Positions 9,795 to 23,946 of a DNA stretch of 25,078 bases are shown in pieces; position 1 is the first letter of the stretch, and each line of letters starts with the position of its first letter. The notes below the pieces were generated by a model. The model saw nothing but the letters and a program-made list of their open reading frames with translations, ran no database searches and was not told where the DNA came from. This DNA is from a virus (taxonomy: Duplodnaviria > Heunggongvirae > Uroviricota > Caudoviricetes), in the IMG/VR virus record IMGVR_UViG_2671180547_000002. One strand, 5' to 3'. Position numbers and translations under genes: made by a program.

Positions 9795-10493
9795 TTACTG
9801 CGAAAGTTTGTTAATGGAAAGGAAGCCGCCAAAGTTGCCGACGTTATTGCGAAACTTACAGCCACTCAGGCATTTGCTGCATTTATCCTTCGTGATGTCG
9901 GACGTTGGCTGGTCATATTCATCCGCGACCGCCGGACCGTGATAACCGCACTCATCGCCGCGATAGGTCCAGGTGCAGGTGTTGGCCAGCATGATACGTC
10001 CCGGAAAAACAGCGCCATCTGTTTCCGTCGGCGTGGACAGTACAAAAGAGGCACTCACCGCGCTCAGTTCGCTGCACTGCTCAATGCGCCAGCGGCTGAT
10101 CACCTCCTGCTCCGGATCGGCGTCACTGTTTCCGTTGACGAAGTTCACCGCATCCAGAAAACGGGCGTAAACCTTACGCCGGACCACCGTTCCGCCGACC
10201 AGACTCTGTAGATCTTCCGCCATCCCGGTGACCATACCGTACAGGTTAGAAACCATCAGCGTGGGGCGCGTACTGGTGCCTTTGCCATTCAGTTCAAAAC
10301 CACTCCCCTGAATGGGATACGGCTGATACTGTCGCCCCTGCCAGGTGACCGGCTCACCTTTTTCGTTCTGCTCATTACAGAAAAAATAACGTTCTCCACC
10401 GACCTCTGTCAGATCGATTTCCCAGAGCACCACGCTGGCCGACTGCTCCGCACGGGTGCATTCATTCAGTGTTTCCTGCCGGATATCCTGCAT
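9795..10493 (-). CDS. L: Tail tip protein L
   Basis: 232-aa ORF MQDIRQETLNECTRAEQSASVVLWEIDLTEVGGERYFFCNEQ, matching lambda gpL. Confidence 0.95.
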   Translation of the reverse strand: MQDIRQETLNECTRAEQSASVVLWEIDLTEVGGERYFFCNEQNEKGEPVTWQGRQYQPYPIQGSGFELNGKGTSTRPTLMVSNLYGMVTGMAEDLQSLVGGTVVRRKVYARFLDAVNFVNGNSDADPEQEVISRWRIEQCSELSAVSASFVLSTPTETDGAVFPGRIMLANTCTWTYRGDECGYHGPAVADEYDQPTSDITKDKCSKCLSGCKFRNNVGNFGGFLSINKLSQ

Positions 10494-10822
10494 CAGTTCA
10501 CCACCTGTTCAAACTCTGCGCTGAACTCAACACGCAGCATACTGACCCGCGACGACCATTTTGCGCAGGTCACCTTTATCTGCCGCCACTCATAAGGCGG
10601 CGTCCACAGAAAGGCTTTCCAGCCCCCGTGCTCTTCCAGAAACGACTCCAGTACCATGGCCTCCTCACGGGGGACAGAAAGCGTCACGCTGTACGTTTTC
10701 AGGTTGGCATTCAGCCCGGCAGGCGCTCGCTGGGAATAGCCATCACCAAAGCGCACCTTTCTTACAGAAGGGGCCGAAGCCACATCCATACCGGGTTTCA
10801 CTTTCCAGCGGAAGGTTTTCAT
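10493..10822 (-). CDS. M: Tail tip protein M
   Basis: 109-aa ORF MKTFRWKVKPGMDVASAPSVRKVRFGDGYSQRA, matching lambda gpM; start/stop overlap with the neighbouring genes. Confidence 0.95.
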   Translation of the reverse strand: MKTFRWKVKPGMDVASAPSVRKVRFGDGYSQRAPAGLNANLKTYSVTLSVPREEAMVLESFLEEHGGWKAFLWTPPYEWRQIKVTCAKWSSRVSMLRVEFSAEFEQVVN

Positions 10823-13380
10823 CGTCCACCTCCGGAGAACAGGCCACCATCACGCATCTGTGTCTGAATTTCATCACGGGCACCCTTGCGGGCCATGTCA
10901 TACACGGCCTTCATCATCTGTGGACCTGGCAGACCATTCGTACCGTCGTTCTGAATCACCACGTGATTGTTCTGATTAAAATTAATGCCTTCAGCCCGCC
11001 GCATCTGCGCCGGACTTCCGGCACCGCCCACATAACCACCTTCCGCATAGCCGCGCATCAGCCGGTAGAGATTCCCCACGCCAATCCGGCTGGTTGCCTC
11101 CTTCGTGAAGACAAATTCACCACGGTGAACAATCCCCGCTGGCTCATATTTGCCGCCGGTTCCCGTAAATCCCCCGGTTGCAAAATGGAATTTCACCGCA
11201 GCGGCCTGAATGGCTGTACCACCTGACGCGGATGCGCCGCCACCAACAGCCCCGCCAATGGCGCTGCCGATACTCCCGACAATCCCCACCATTGCCTGCT
11301 TAAGCAGAATTTCTGTCATCATGGACAGCACGGAGCGGGTGAAGCTGCGCCAGTTCTGTTCACTGCCGGTCAGCATCGCCGCCATATTCTGTGCAATACC
11401 ATCAAAGGTCTGCGTGGCTGCACTTTTAACCTGTGACATACTGTCCGTGGCGCTCTCTTCCCACTCACTCCAGCCGGACTTCAGGCCTGCCATCCAGCTC
11501 CCGCGAAGCTGGTCTTCAGCCGCCCAGGTCTTTTTCTGCTCTGACATGACGTTATTCAGCGCCAGAGGATTATCGCCATACTGTTCCTTCAGGCGCTGTT
11601 CCGTGGCTTCCCGCGCTGCCTGCCGGTCAGTCAGCCCCCGGTTTTTCGCATCAATGGCTGCCCGTTTTGCCCGTTGCTGCTGTGCGAATTTATCCGCCTG
11701 CTGCGCCAGCGCATTCAGGTGCTCCTGATACGTAACCTTGTCACCAAGTGCAGCCAGCTGGCGTTTGTACTCCAGCGTCTCGTCTTTATGCGCCAGCAGG
11801 GATTTCTCCTGTGCGGACAGCTGGCGACGTTGTGCCGCCTCCTCCAGTACCGCGAACTGACTTTCTGCCTTCCACAAATCCCGGCGCTGCTGGCTGATTT
11901 TCTCATTCGCTCCGGCATGCTTCTCCAGCGTCCGGAGTTCTGCCTGAAGCGTCAGCAGGGCCGCATGAGCACTGTCTTCCTGACGATCGCCCGCATACAC
12001 CTTCACGCCGGACTGTTTCGGCTTTTTCAGCGTCGCTTCATAATCCTTTTTCGCCGCCGCCATCAGCGTGTTGTAATCTGCCTGCAGGATTTTTCCGTCT
12101 TTCAGTGCCTTGTTCAGTTCTTCCTGACGGGCGGTATATTTCTCCAGCGGCGTCTGCAGCCGTTCGTAAGCCTTCTGCGCCTCTTCGGTATATTTCAGCC
12201 GTGACGCTTCGGTATCGCTCTGCTGCTGCGCATTTTTGTCCTGTTGACGCTGTTGATCTACCCTCTTTTGGGCTGCATCCCGCTCCAGGCGTTTTTTTTC
12301 ACGATCATCCCAGTAACGCGCCCGTGCTTCATCGTTAACGAAATAATCATCCTTGCGCAGATTCCAGATGTCGTCTGCTTTCTTAAACGCAGCCTCTGCC
12401 TTAATCAGCATCTCCTGCGCGGTATCAGGACGACCAATATCCAGCACCGCATCCCACATGGATTTGAATGCACGTGCAGTCCTGTCTGCCCAGGTCTCCA
12501 GCGTGCCCATGTTCTCTTTCAGGCGGCGGGTCTGGTCATCAAACCCTTTCGTTGCGGCCTCGTTCGCCGCCTGCAATGCCCCGGCTTCATCGCCGGAACG
12601 CTGCAACTGAGCAACATACGCAATCTGCTCCGCCGTCACGTTATGGAACTGGCGTGCCATCGCCGTCAGCCCCGACGTCGGGTCTGTGGTCAGCTTCCCG
12701 AAGGCTTCAGCGACCTTGTCCACCTCCACGCCGGATGCATAGGAGAAACGCGCCACACTCTGGCTGATGGACGCAATCTGAGCCTCACCGCTTACCCCCG
12801 CCTTAACCAGTGCGCTGAGTGACTCGCTGGTCTGGTTAAACGTCAGCCCTGCCGCCTGCCCGGCTCTGGACAGGACCAGCATACGATCTGCCGTCAGTCC
12901 CGCCTGATTACCGGAAAGGACCAGCGTTTTGTTGAAATCGGACAGGGTTGAGTTGCCCTGATACCAGGCATACGCCAGCGCACCGGTCGCCACCGCCAGC
13001 GAGGTGGCCCCCACCATCGGCAGGGTGATCGCGCCGGCAAGCCCCCTGAACATGGGGATCATCCCGCCGAAGGAGTCCTTAACCTGACCACCCTGTTGCA
13101 GCAGGATCAGCCAGGGATTCTGCCCCCCTGCAAGCTGCGTGGCCACGTCGGTGAACTGTGCAGGCAGCATACGCATGGCGGCTTTATACTGCCCGACGGA
13201 AATCCCCGCTTTCTGTGCAGCCAGCGCCTGTCGGCTCAGCGACTGTTCAACGACTGCCGCTGTTTTTTTCGCATCACTTTCCGTACCGGAAAAATGACGC
13301 CTGACTCTGGCCATCTGCTCGTCAAATCTGGCCGCATCCAGACTCAAATCAACGACCAGATCGCCTACCGGTTCAGCCAT
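10819..13380 (-). CDS. H: Tail tape measure protein H
   Basis: 853-aa ORF MAEPVGDLVVDLSLDAARFDEQMARVRRHFSG, same length as lambda gpH, with a Gly-rich C-terminal region. Confidence 0.95.
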   Translation of the reverse strand: MAEPVGDLVVDLSLDAARFDEQMARVRRHFSGTESDAKKTAAVVEQSLSRQALAAQKAGISVGQYKAAMRMLPAQFTDVATQLAGGQNPWLILLQQGGQVKDSFGGMIPMFRGLAGAITLPMVGATSLAVATGALAYAWYQGNSTLSDFNKTLVLSGNQAGLTADRMLVLSRAGQAAGLTFNQTSESLSALVKAGVSGEAQIASISQSVARFSYASGVEVDKVAEAFGKLTTDPTSGLTAMARQFHNVTAEQIAYVAQLQRSGDEAGALQAANEAATKGFDDQTRRLKENMGTLETWADRTARAFKSMWDAVLDIGRPDTAQEMLIKAEAAFKKADDIWNLRKDDYFVNDEARARYWDDREKKRLERDAAQKRVDQQRQQDKNAQQQSDTEASRLKYTEEAQKAYERLQTPLEKYTARQEELNKALKDGKILQADYNTLMAAAKKDYEATLKKPKQSGVKVYAGDRQEDSAHAALLTLQAELRTLEKHAGANEKISQQRRDLWKAESQFAVLEEAAQRRQLSAQEKSLLAHKDETLEYKRQLAALGDKVTYQEHLNALAQQADKFAQQQRAKRAAIDAKNRGLTDRQAAREATEQRLKEQYGDNPLALNNVMSEQKKTWAAEDQLRGSWMAGLKSGWSEWEESATDSMSQVKSAATQTFDGIAQNMAAMLTGSEQNWRSFTRSVLSMMTEILLKQAMVGIVGSIGSAIGGAVGGGASASGGTAIQAAAVKFHFATGGFTGTGGKYEPAGIVHRGEFVFTKEATSRIGVGNLYRLMRGYAEGGYVGGAGSPAQMRRAEGINFNQNNHVVIQNDGTNGLPGPQMMKAVYDMARKGARDEIQTQMRDGGLFSGGGR

Positions 13381-14211
13381 ACCGGACTCCTCCTGCGATC
13401 CCTTCTGATACTGTCATCAGCATTACGTCATCCTCCGTCATGTCCGCCACATCCGGGGAAGCGGGGATAACTTCATTCCCGTCCGGGCCAAAGCGGACAC
13501 CTCCGGCAAGCCCTGCCGCTTTCTGCATCAGCACATCATCTTCAGGCTCTTCGTCAGCCTCGCGCCGGTTCAGCAGACTGAAATCCAGCGGATGCATCTC
13601 CGGATCGCTGAAAAACAGGCTGAGCACGGTGTACGTCAGCCCGGAAAAGTGCATATCCAGCAGAACATCATGAAAATAATGGGTACTGTAAAAGCGGTGC
13701 CAGTCGGCATACTCCGTGGATGACATCCCGGCAAGCATGGCGCGCCAGTCGGGTCGCCCCATCTCACGCGCCAGTTTCAGGGCAAAACTCAGCTCACCGT
13801 CGAACACTTTCCCGCAGAAACAGGCTCTGCAGGCCCGGCGTCCTCTGCCTGTTCAGGAGCATCATTCACCACAAACTCATACATACCGGACAGCCGGTAC
13901 ACCACGTTTTCAGCATGAGAAATTGCCTCTGTGGGCCAGGTGGTAAGCACTTCCTGCTCAATCTGTTTAACGGCTTCATTCATGGACGGCATCTGCGTCT
14001 TCTTCGGATGGTTATGCCACAGGGACATCGCAACCACAAAAGCGCCGGTTCTGATGGCGTCTTCCACAGTAAACTTCCGGTTGCTGTCTGACTCCGCCTG
14101 TTCTGCCTGCCGTTTCATCAGGTCGAGATGCTCAATACGCTGCAGGGCTGACAGTTCAGAAAGCGTGACGGTCACACCGTTATGTTCAAATGATTCGGTT
14201 TTCAGGAACAT
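13373..14211 (-). CDS. T: Tail assembly chaperone G-T fusion, made by a programmed -1 frameshift
   Basis: The G frame (14211 down to the stop at 13789) and the -1 T frame (open from 13807 down to 13373) overlap at the slippery heptamer G GGA AAG at 13807..13813 on the minus strand; the frame arithmetic is consistent with a -1 shift. Confidence 0.85.
13789..14211 (-). CDS. G: Tail assembly chaperone G
   Basis: 140-aa ORF MFLKTESFEHNGVTVTLSELSALQRIEHLDLMKRQ, matching lambda gpG; ends six codons after the slippery site. Confidence 0.93.
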   Translation of the reverse strand: MFLKTESFEHNGVTVTLSELSALQRIEHLDLMKRQAEQAESDSNRKFTVEDAIRTGAFVVAMSLWHNHPKKTQMPSMNEAVKQIEQEVLTTWPTEAISHAENVVYRLSGMYEFVVNDAPEQAEDAGPAEPVSAGKCSTVS

Positions 14212-14226
14212 CGCTGACTCTCCGGA

Positions 14227-14967
14227 TTAACTGGCGGTGACGTTGATTTCTGCAACCGCAGCAAACTCACCATTACCAGATACGACCGGAATGTTGACCT
14301 TGCCTGCAGCAACACCTTTCACGGTGATGGTCATACCACTGACCGACACGGTGGCTTTTGTTTTATCCGCAGACACCGCACGGAAGCTCTTGTCGGTTGC
14401 GCCATCCGGCTGGAATGCCACGGTCAGCGTGGTGCTCTGCCCTTTCACTACGGAAGCACTGGCGGGTGTCACCGTCATGCCGGTCGTCGCCGTCACCGTG
14501 CTGCGATCTTCTGCCATCGACGGACGTCCCACATTGGTGACCTTCACCGTGCGGGTAATCACCTCCTTCGCCGTCACCGCCTTACCGATACTGCTGACCC
14601 AGCCACGGAACACATCGACCGTGCCGTTCGGGAAGCGGATTTTATAGGCACGGGTATCACCTTCATTAAACCACGCCAGCAGCGCCTGCTGCCCCTGCTC
14701 TCCGGGCATCCACGCCAGCGTGAAGCTGGTATCTCCGGCAGATTTCTGCCCCTGCCCGGTCGCAGTCCAGTCTGCATCTTCATCATCGAGATAGCTGTCG
14801 TCATAGGACTCAGCGGTCAGTTCGCCGGGCGTCAGGTCTTTAACTTTTGCCAGACGCGACCAGTCAACGTCTGAAAGCGGGTTCGCATAAGGGTCACCGC
14901 TCCCCTTATAAACCCACAGGGTGGTCCCGGCACCTTTCACCGGCATTGTAGGATTTGGTACAGGCAT
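14227..14967 (-). CDS. V: Major tail tube protein V (with C-terminal Ig-like domain)
   Basis: Matches lambda gpV from [22 protein letters not shown] (246 aa); the track's extended start at 14997 overlaps U and is probably not used. Confidence 0.93.
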   Translation of the reverse strand: MPVPNPTMPVKGAGTTLWVYKGSGDPYANPLSDVDWSRLAKVKDLTPGELTAESYDDSYLDDEDADWTATGQGQKSAGDTSFTLAWMPGEQGQQALLAWFNEGDTRAYKIRFPNGTVDVFRGWVSSIGKAVTAKEVITRTVKVTNVGRPSMAEDRSTVTATTGMTVTPASASVVKGQSTTLTVAFQPDGATDKSFRAVSADKTKATVSVSGMTITVKGVAAGKVNIPVVSGNGEFAAVAEINVTAS

Positions 14968-14974
14968 AGCGTCC

Positions 14975-15370
14975 TCACATTTCATAGATAATGACATAAG
15001 TCAGATCGGCTGAACTCCACAGGCCCGCATCATCGTCGCGCCGGTAGTCATAGCCGCTGGCCACCATACTGGTGATCAAATCTGACAGTGCCGGGATATC
15101 GCTCATCACAGGATAAATCCGGGACTCCATCCACGAATCCAGCTCTGAATCCGGCACCTGAGCAGGCAGGAAAACTTCAATATGCAGCTCCGCCTGCCAG
15201 GTATCGCTGTCCAGCTCTTCGCCCGTGTATTCAGCGCCGGTGAGATAAACGGCAATTGCCGGAAAATCTTCCTCATCAAAAACAGCGGGGCGACCATCAA
15301 AAAGCGTCGCCCCGGTGTCATGCTTCTCCAGTGCATCCAGTACGGCTGCACGGAGTTCAGTATGTTTCAT
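14975..15370 (-). CDS. U: Tail terminator protein U
   Basis: 131-aa [40 protein letters not shown], matching lambda gpU. Confidence 0.95.
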   Translation of the reverse strand: MKHTELRAAVLDALEKHDTGATLFDGRPAVFDEEDFPAIAVYLTGAEYTGEELDSDTWQAELHIEVFLPAQVPDSELDSWMESRIYPVMSDIPALSDLITSMVASGYDYRRDDDAGLWSSADLTYVIIYEM

Positions 15371-15945
15371 CGCTTTATTACCATTCTCAGTTGATGCTGC
15401 AGCGCATAGCCCAGCTCTTTCGGAAGACGTTCACGCCGTATCCGTTCAATATTCTGTTTAAACGCCGTGGTCAGCGGCACCGCCATCGGGATTTTCACCA
15501 CATCAATGGGGTAACGGTTTTTCCCGGCCACACGCTGCATAACATGCCACCGGCCGTTTTTCAGTTGCTGAATAAACGCGCCGGGAATACGACGGTTACC
15601 CACCACAAGCACGCTGCCGCCACCTTTCAGGGATGAACGCTGCCCCTTTTTATGACGCCTGCGGCGGGACAGGACAACCCGCGCATTACCCAGCTTGATT
15701 ACGGGCAAATCCCCCCGGTTAACTTTGATTCTGGCCTGCGGATTTTTGACCGTGGCCCTTTTCAGCCTGGCCCTTTCCTTTACCAGTTTCCGGCGTACCT
15801 TTGTCTCACGGGCAACCTGTGACGCAGACTGCGATATCGCGGATGAAGCAACGCGGTTAATGGCCATTGCGGCGGCACCGGGCACCGCCGTTTTGCTGAT
15901 ACGGCTGAGGTTTTCAACGGCCTGCTCAAGACCTTTTATGGCCAT
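15367..15945 (-). CDS. Z: Tail completion protein Z
   Basis: 192-aa ORF MAIKGLEQAVENLSRISKTAVPGAAAMAINRVASS, matching lambda gpZ. Confidence 0.95.
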   Translation of the reverse strand: MAIKGLEQAVENLSRISKTAVPGAAAMAINRVASSAISQSASQVARETKVRRKLVKERARLKRATVKNPQARIKVNRGDLPVIKLGNARVVLSRRRRHKKGQRSSLKGGGSVLVVGNRRIPGAFIQQLKNGRWHVMQRVAGKNRYPIDVVKIPMAVPLTTAFKQNIERIRRERLPKELGYALQHQLRMVIKR

Positions 15946-15956
15946 ACATCCCCCTT

Positions 15957-16310
15957 TCAGCGGCGACGGTTAACGGCAGGCGGTACGCCCCGTCCAAGCC
16001 AGAGATGACAACTTCCGCCATCATCCGGCGAAACCCGATCTACCCAGAAATTTTCCTCACCGATGGTCAGCGTGTCTCCACGCCGCAGCTGCCGCACCTC
16101 ATCAGTCCGGACAAACAGGGACGGGCTGGAGCCTTCAACGCGCACGCCCTGTCCGGCATAGCTGATATTTTCAGGGTCATCAAAAACACCACGTATCACC
16201 GCACCTGACTGCTCACCGGATGTCATGGTGGCTGACGTTCCCATGTACCCGCGTATCGTTTCATCGGCGCGGGCAATGGCAGCATCGAACAGGTTATCGA
16301 AATCAGCCAC
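15957..16310 (-). CDS. FII: Head-tail joining protein FII
   Basis: 117-aa ORF MADFDNLFDAAIARADETIRGYMGTSATMTSGEQ, matching lambda gpFII. Confidence 0.95.
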   Translation of the reverse strand: MADFDNLFDAAIARADETIRGYMGTSATMTSGEQSGAVIRGVFDDPENISYAGQGVRVEGSSPSLFVRTDEVRQLRRGDTLTIGEENFWVDRVSPDDGGSCHLWLGRGVPPAVNRRR

Positions 16311-16321
16311 AGCGCCTCCCG

Positions 16322-16720
16322 TTATTGCATTCTGGCCAGGCCGCGCTCTGTCATTTCGGCTGCCACACCGGCAGAGACACGAAACGCCGTTCCCGGCAGC
16401 ACAAATGCCACAGGTTTATCCCGCGTGGCGTGAAGTGCATCAGTATGCAGCGTCACCAGTGCCACGACCGTGACCAGTTCAGCCGTATCCTGAATCACGG
16501 TATCCGGCTGCGCTGATACCACCTCATTTTCATGCCCGGTCAGCACATTTTCCCGGCTGAGAGGGGTGTCCTGACCGGCAGTTTCATCCGTGTCATCAAG
16601 CTCTTCTTCCAGCTCTGCCACACGAAGCGCCAGTTCTTCTTTCGTTCCCGTCAAACTGACATCGCGGTTCAATTGCTCACCCAGCTCCTGAAGACGGGCA
16701 ATCAGTTCATCTTTCGTCAT
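16322..16720 (-). CDS. FI: DNA packaging protein FI
   Basis: Matches lambda gpFI from MTKDELIARLQELGEQLNRDVSLTGTKEEL (132 aa); GGAGGAG precedes the ATG at 16718..16720, so the track's upstream start at 16759 is probably not used. Confidence 0.92.
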   Translation of the reverse strand: MTKDELIARLQELGEQLNRDVSLTGTKEELALRVAELEEELDDTDETAGQDTPLSRENVLTGHENEVVSAQPDTVIQDTAELVTVVALVTLHTDALHATRDKPVAFVLPGTAFRVSAGVAAEMTERGLARMQ

Positions 16721-16761
16721 GAACTCCTCCACAGAGAGAAAATGGCCCCGAAGGGCCATGA

Positions 16762-17787
16762 TTACGCCAGTTGAACGGACACGAACTCATCAGGATCAGC
16801 CAGCAGCATCAGCGGTGCTGACTGAATCATGGTGAACTCACGCGCCGGATCGCCGGTGGTCACCCAGTTTTTCGGGTAACGGGCAGAAGCGTTAATGCCT
16901 TCGCGCTGTGCGTCCGCATCCTGAATGCAGCCATAGGTGCGCAGACCGCGAGCCTGAGTGTTCCCCAGCACCATCGTGTTGTCCGGCAGGAAGTTCTTTT
17001 TGACGCCGTTTTCCACGTACTGTCCGGAATACACGACGATGGCCACATCGCCATACATTCCCTTATAGGACACCGCTTTGCCCAGGTCTTTTACCGCTGT
17101 CTCCAGCTCGGAATGAGAGCCGCGACGGGTATCCAGCTTCTCCTTGACGGCTTTGAAGGAACGGAACAGCGCCCAGCCTTTCGGGTCAAACACGATGATA
17201 TTCACCACACCGCTGGCGTTCAGCGCGTAGGCTTCGATATCGTCGGTCGGGTCATACGTGGACTTGTCACGCTTGCTCCACTCCGTGACGCCGGACTGTG
17301 TGATGTTGTTCGCCGCACTGCGGCCCATATCCACCTCAACCGGATCGAAGGCTTCACCGGTCATGGTGTATTTGCCCTTGAGCACGGCAGAAACTGCCTG
17401 CATCTCTTCGACCTGAGCAATGGCCAGCTCTTCGTCACGCATGTTCTGCATGATGATGCGACGGCGGCGGTAAGCCGGGTCCGCCAGATTCTGCGGATCT
17501 TCATCCGGCAGGCGACGCAGGGTCATCTGCGGATTCACCTCATGCTTGGGTTTGACATATCCCGGCGTAAATTCAGAGGTGGAGCCGCCACGGGAACGGA
17601 TAACCTCACCGGAAACAATCGGCGAAACGTACAGCGCCATGTTTACCAGTCCCGGAATTTGTGAGAGATAGACTTTCTCCGTAGTGAAGGGATAGCTCTC
17701 ACGGAAAAAGAGACGCAGAAACAGCGGATCAAACTTAAATTTCTGCTCATTTGCCGCCAGCAGCTGGGCGGTTGTGTACATCGACAT
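16762..17787 (-). CDS. E: Major capsid protein E
   Basis: Matches lambda gpE from MSMYTTAQLLAANEQKFKFDPLFLRLFF (341 aa); the track's upstream start at 17814 is not lambda-like. Confidence 0.95.
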   Translation of the reverse strand: MSMYTTAQLLAANEQKFKFDPLFLRLFFRESYPFTTEKVYLSQIPGLVNMALYVSPIVSGEVIRSRGGSTSEFTPGYVKPKHEVNPQMTLRRLPDEDPQNLADPAYRRRRIIMQNMRDEELAIAQVEEMQAVSAVLKGKYTMTGEAFDPVEVDMGRSAANNITQSGVTEWSKRDKSTYDPTDDIEAYALNASGVVNIIVFDPKGWALFRSFKAVKEKLDTRRGSHSELETAVKDLGKAVSYKGMYGDVAIVVYSGQYVENGVKKNFLPDNTMVLGNTQARGLRTYGCIQDADAQREGINASARYPKNWVTTGDPAREFTMIQSAPLMLLADPDEFVSVQLA

Positions 17788-17842
17788 AAAAAAATCCCGT
17801 AAAAAAAGCCACACAGGCGGCCTTTAGTGATGAAGGGTAAAG

Positions 17843-18175
17843 TTAAACGATGCTGATTGCCGTTCCGGCAAACACGGTCCGTTTTTTCGTCTCGTCGCTG
17901 GCAGCCTCCGGCCAGAGCACATCCTCATAACGGAACGTGCCGGACTTGTAGAACGTCAGTGTGGTGCTGGTCTGGTCAGCAGCAACCGCAAGAATGCCAA
18001 CGGCAGCACCGTCGGTGGTGCCATCCCACGCAACCAGCTTACGGGTGGAGGTGTCCAGCATCAGCGGGGTCATTGCAGGCGCTTTCGCACTCAATCCGCC
18101 GGGCGCGGTTGCGGTATGAGCCGGGTCACTATTGCCCAGCGGCTGGTAATGGGTAAAGGTTTCTTTGCTCGTCAT
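17843..18175 (-). CDS. D: Capsid decoration protein D
   Basis: Matches lambda gpD from [41 protein letters not shown] (110 aa). Confidence 0.95.
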   Translation of the reverse strand: MTSKETFTHYQPLGNSDPAHTATAPGGLSAKAPAMTPLMLDTSTRKLVAWDGTTDGAAVGILAVAADQTSTTLTFYKSGTFRYEDVLWPEAASDETKKRTVFAGTAISIV

Positions 18176-18184
18176 AAACATCCC

Positions 18185-18790
18185 TTACACTGGTGTGTTC
18201 AGCAAATCGTTAACGGCATCAGATGCCGGGTTACCTGCAGCCAGCGGTGCCGGTGCCCCCTGCATCAGACGATCCAGCGCAGTGTCACTGCGCGTCTGTG
18301 CACTCTGTGGTGCTGCGGCCAGAATACGGCGGGCCGTTTCCACGGTCATACCGGGGGTTTCGGCCAGCACGCGTGCCTGTTCTTCGCGTCCGTGAGCCTC
18401 CTCACAGTTGAGGATCCCCATAATGCGACTGTTTTCTGCCGCAACCGCTGCGGTGATCTGCGCGTTCACGTCCGGCTGCGCCGCGCTGGCGTTCTCGCCC
18501 TCCGTCGCTTGCACCACGCCAGTAACGTCAGCCTGCGAAGCAGTGGCTGAAACAGTTGTTGATTGAGTCTCTTTGGTCATTCGCCCTCCTGAGAGACGGG
18601 ATTTACGTGCATCCAGTGCATCACGCATGACGGTGATCGCATCGGTACTGTTAACAAGTTCATCAGCCAGTCCGGCATCAATGGCCTCCTGACCGCTGTA
18701 CACTGCAGCCTCGGTATCCAGCACAGCCTGCACGGACAGGCCGGTATATGCCGACACCTTCTGTGCAAACATCCGGCGGGTTGCATCCAT
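18185..18790 (-). CDS. nu3: Capsid scaffolding protein Nu3, nested in-frame in the 3' third of C
   Basis: In lambda, Nu3 is translated from an internal in-frame start in C; the corresponding Met (MDATRRMFAQKVSAYTGLSVQ) gives 201 aa to the shared stop. Placed by analogy only. Confidence 0.6.
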   Translation of the reverse strand: MDATRRMFAQKVSAYTGLSVQAVLDTEAAVYSGQEAIDAGLADELVNSTDAITVMRDALDARKSRLSGGRMTKETQSTTVSATASQADVTGVVQATEGENASAAQPDVNAQITAAVAAENSRIMGILNCEEAHGREEQARVLAETPGMTVETARRILAAAPQSAQTRSDTALDRLMQGAPAPLAAGNPASDAVNDLLNTPV

Positions 18791-19484
18791 CCGGGACTGC
18801 AATGTTTCCCGGACATCATCCGGTAGATGGCTGTAGGGGTTGCCATCCACCTTATGGCTGCCGCTGTAAATCAGCGTGATTTCCACGCCCTGTTTCTCCA
18901 GTGCAGCGCCGTAATTACTGTGAGCCATCATGACGCCGATGGAGCCTGTCCGGGCGGTCTGCGTGACCAGACGCCGGGAGGCGGCACTGGCAAGCAGCTG
19001 ACCTGCGCTGCAGTTCATGTCATTGGCCAGCGCCCATACCGGCTTTATGTCACGCACACGGGCGATGATGTCAGCGCAGTCAAATGCTCCCGCCACCATT
19101 CCGCCCGGTGTGTCCATATCGAGCAGAATGCCGTCCACCATCGGGTCGCTGGCAGCCTGTTGCAGACGGGCGATAATGCCGTTGTAACCGGTCATCCCCG
19201 AGTACGGCTGCAGCGCCCGCGTCCGGCTGACCAGCGTGCCGGACACCGGCAGCACGGCGATGCCGTTCATTACCTGATAACTGCGGGCCTGTCGTGGTCC
19301 GTCATCATCACCGGATAACGCCAGCGCCGCGGGTGCCTCTCCGGCAGTCAGGCTGTCGCCGGATACTGCATCCGTCAGGCAGCTGATCCCAAGCTGGCCT
19401 GCAAGCGCACAAAAGAAAACCCGCGCATAGGCGGGTTCAAGCATCAGCGGCTCATTAAAAGCCATGCTGGCAATATGCGGGAGA

Positions 19485-19504
<20 letters not shown>
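18185..19504 (-). CDS. C: Capsid assembly protease / minor capsid protein C
   Basis: 439 aa beginning (V/M)TAELRNLPHIASMAFNEPLMLEPAYARVFF from a GTG preceded by GGAGGAG; the start overlaps the 3' end of B in another frame, as in lambda. The track's longer ORF is upstream read-through. Confidence 0.92.
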
Positions 19505-23185
<3,681 letters not shown>

Positions 23186-23211
<26 letters not shown>

Positions 23212-23731
23212 TCAGCAACCCCGGTATCAGTTCATCCAGCGCGGCTGCTTTGTTCATGGCTTTGATGATATCCCGTTTCAGGAAATCAACATGTCGGTTT
23301 TCCAGTTCCGGAAAACGCCGCTGCACCGACAGGGGGATCCCGTCGAGAATACTGGCAATTTCACCTGCGATCCGCGACAGCACGAAAGTACAGAATGCGG
23401 TTTCCACCACTTCAGCGGAGTCTCTGGCATTTTTCAGCTCCTGTGCGTCGGCCTGCGCACGCGTAAGTCGATGGCGTTCGTACTCAATAGTCCCTGGCTG
23501 GAGATCTGTCTCGCTGGCCTGCCGCAGTTCTTCAACTTCCCGGCGCAGCTTTTCGTTCTCAATTTCAGCATCCCTTTCGGCATACCATCTTATAACGGCG
23601 GCAGAGTCATAAAGCACCTCATTACCCTTGCCACCGCCTCGCAGAACGGGCATTCCCTGTTCCTGCCAGTTCTGAATGGTACGGATACTCGCACCGAAAA
23701 TGTCAGCCAGCTGCTTTTTGTTGACTTCCAT
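23186..23731 (-). CDS. nu1: Terminase small subunit Nu1
   Basis: 181-aa ORF MEVNKKQLADIFGASIRTIQNWQEQGMPVLRGGGKGNEVLYDSAAV, matching lambda Nu1 with a few substitutions; overlaps the start of A by 26 nt. Confidence 0.96.
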
Positions 23732-23739
23732 TGTTCATT

Positions 23740-23908
23740 CCACGGACAAAAACAGAGAAAGGAAACGACAGAGGCCAAAAAGCCCGTTTTCAGCACCTGT
23801 CGTTTCCTTTCTTTTCAGGGGGTGTTTTAAATAAAAACATTAGGTTACGGCGAAGAAGAACGGAAACGCCTTAAACCGGAAAATTGTCATAAATAGCGAA
23901 AACCCGCG
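23740..23908 (-). promoter_or_regulatory. cosB: terminase (Nu1) binding region with inverted R elements
   Basis: Collinear with the lambda left-end sequence between cosN and nu1; contains inverted GGAAACGACAG / CTGTCGTTTCC repeats. It carries scattered substitutions and a 1-nt indel relative to lambda as I recall it. Confidence 0.8.
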
Positions 23909-23920
23909 CGCCTTCCGCCC
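23909..23920. other. cosN cohesive-end site, variant sequence
   Basis: Flanks on both sides match lambda exactly (GCGAAAACCCGCG on one side, CGTAACCTGTCGG on the other); the 12 bp between read CGCCTTCCGCCC, i.e. GGGCGGAAGGCG in lambda orientation, against canonical GGGCGGCGACCT. Confidence 0.7.
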
Positions 23921-23946
23921 CGTAACCTGTCGGATCGCCGGAAAGG

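Noticed and set aside
11210-12822. Several plus-strand ORFs (11210..11728, 11674..12204, 12244..12822) antisense to H
   Set aside because: Embedded in the tape-measure gene, which is intact and lambda-length on the minus strand; no independent start signals.
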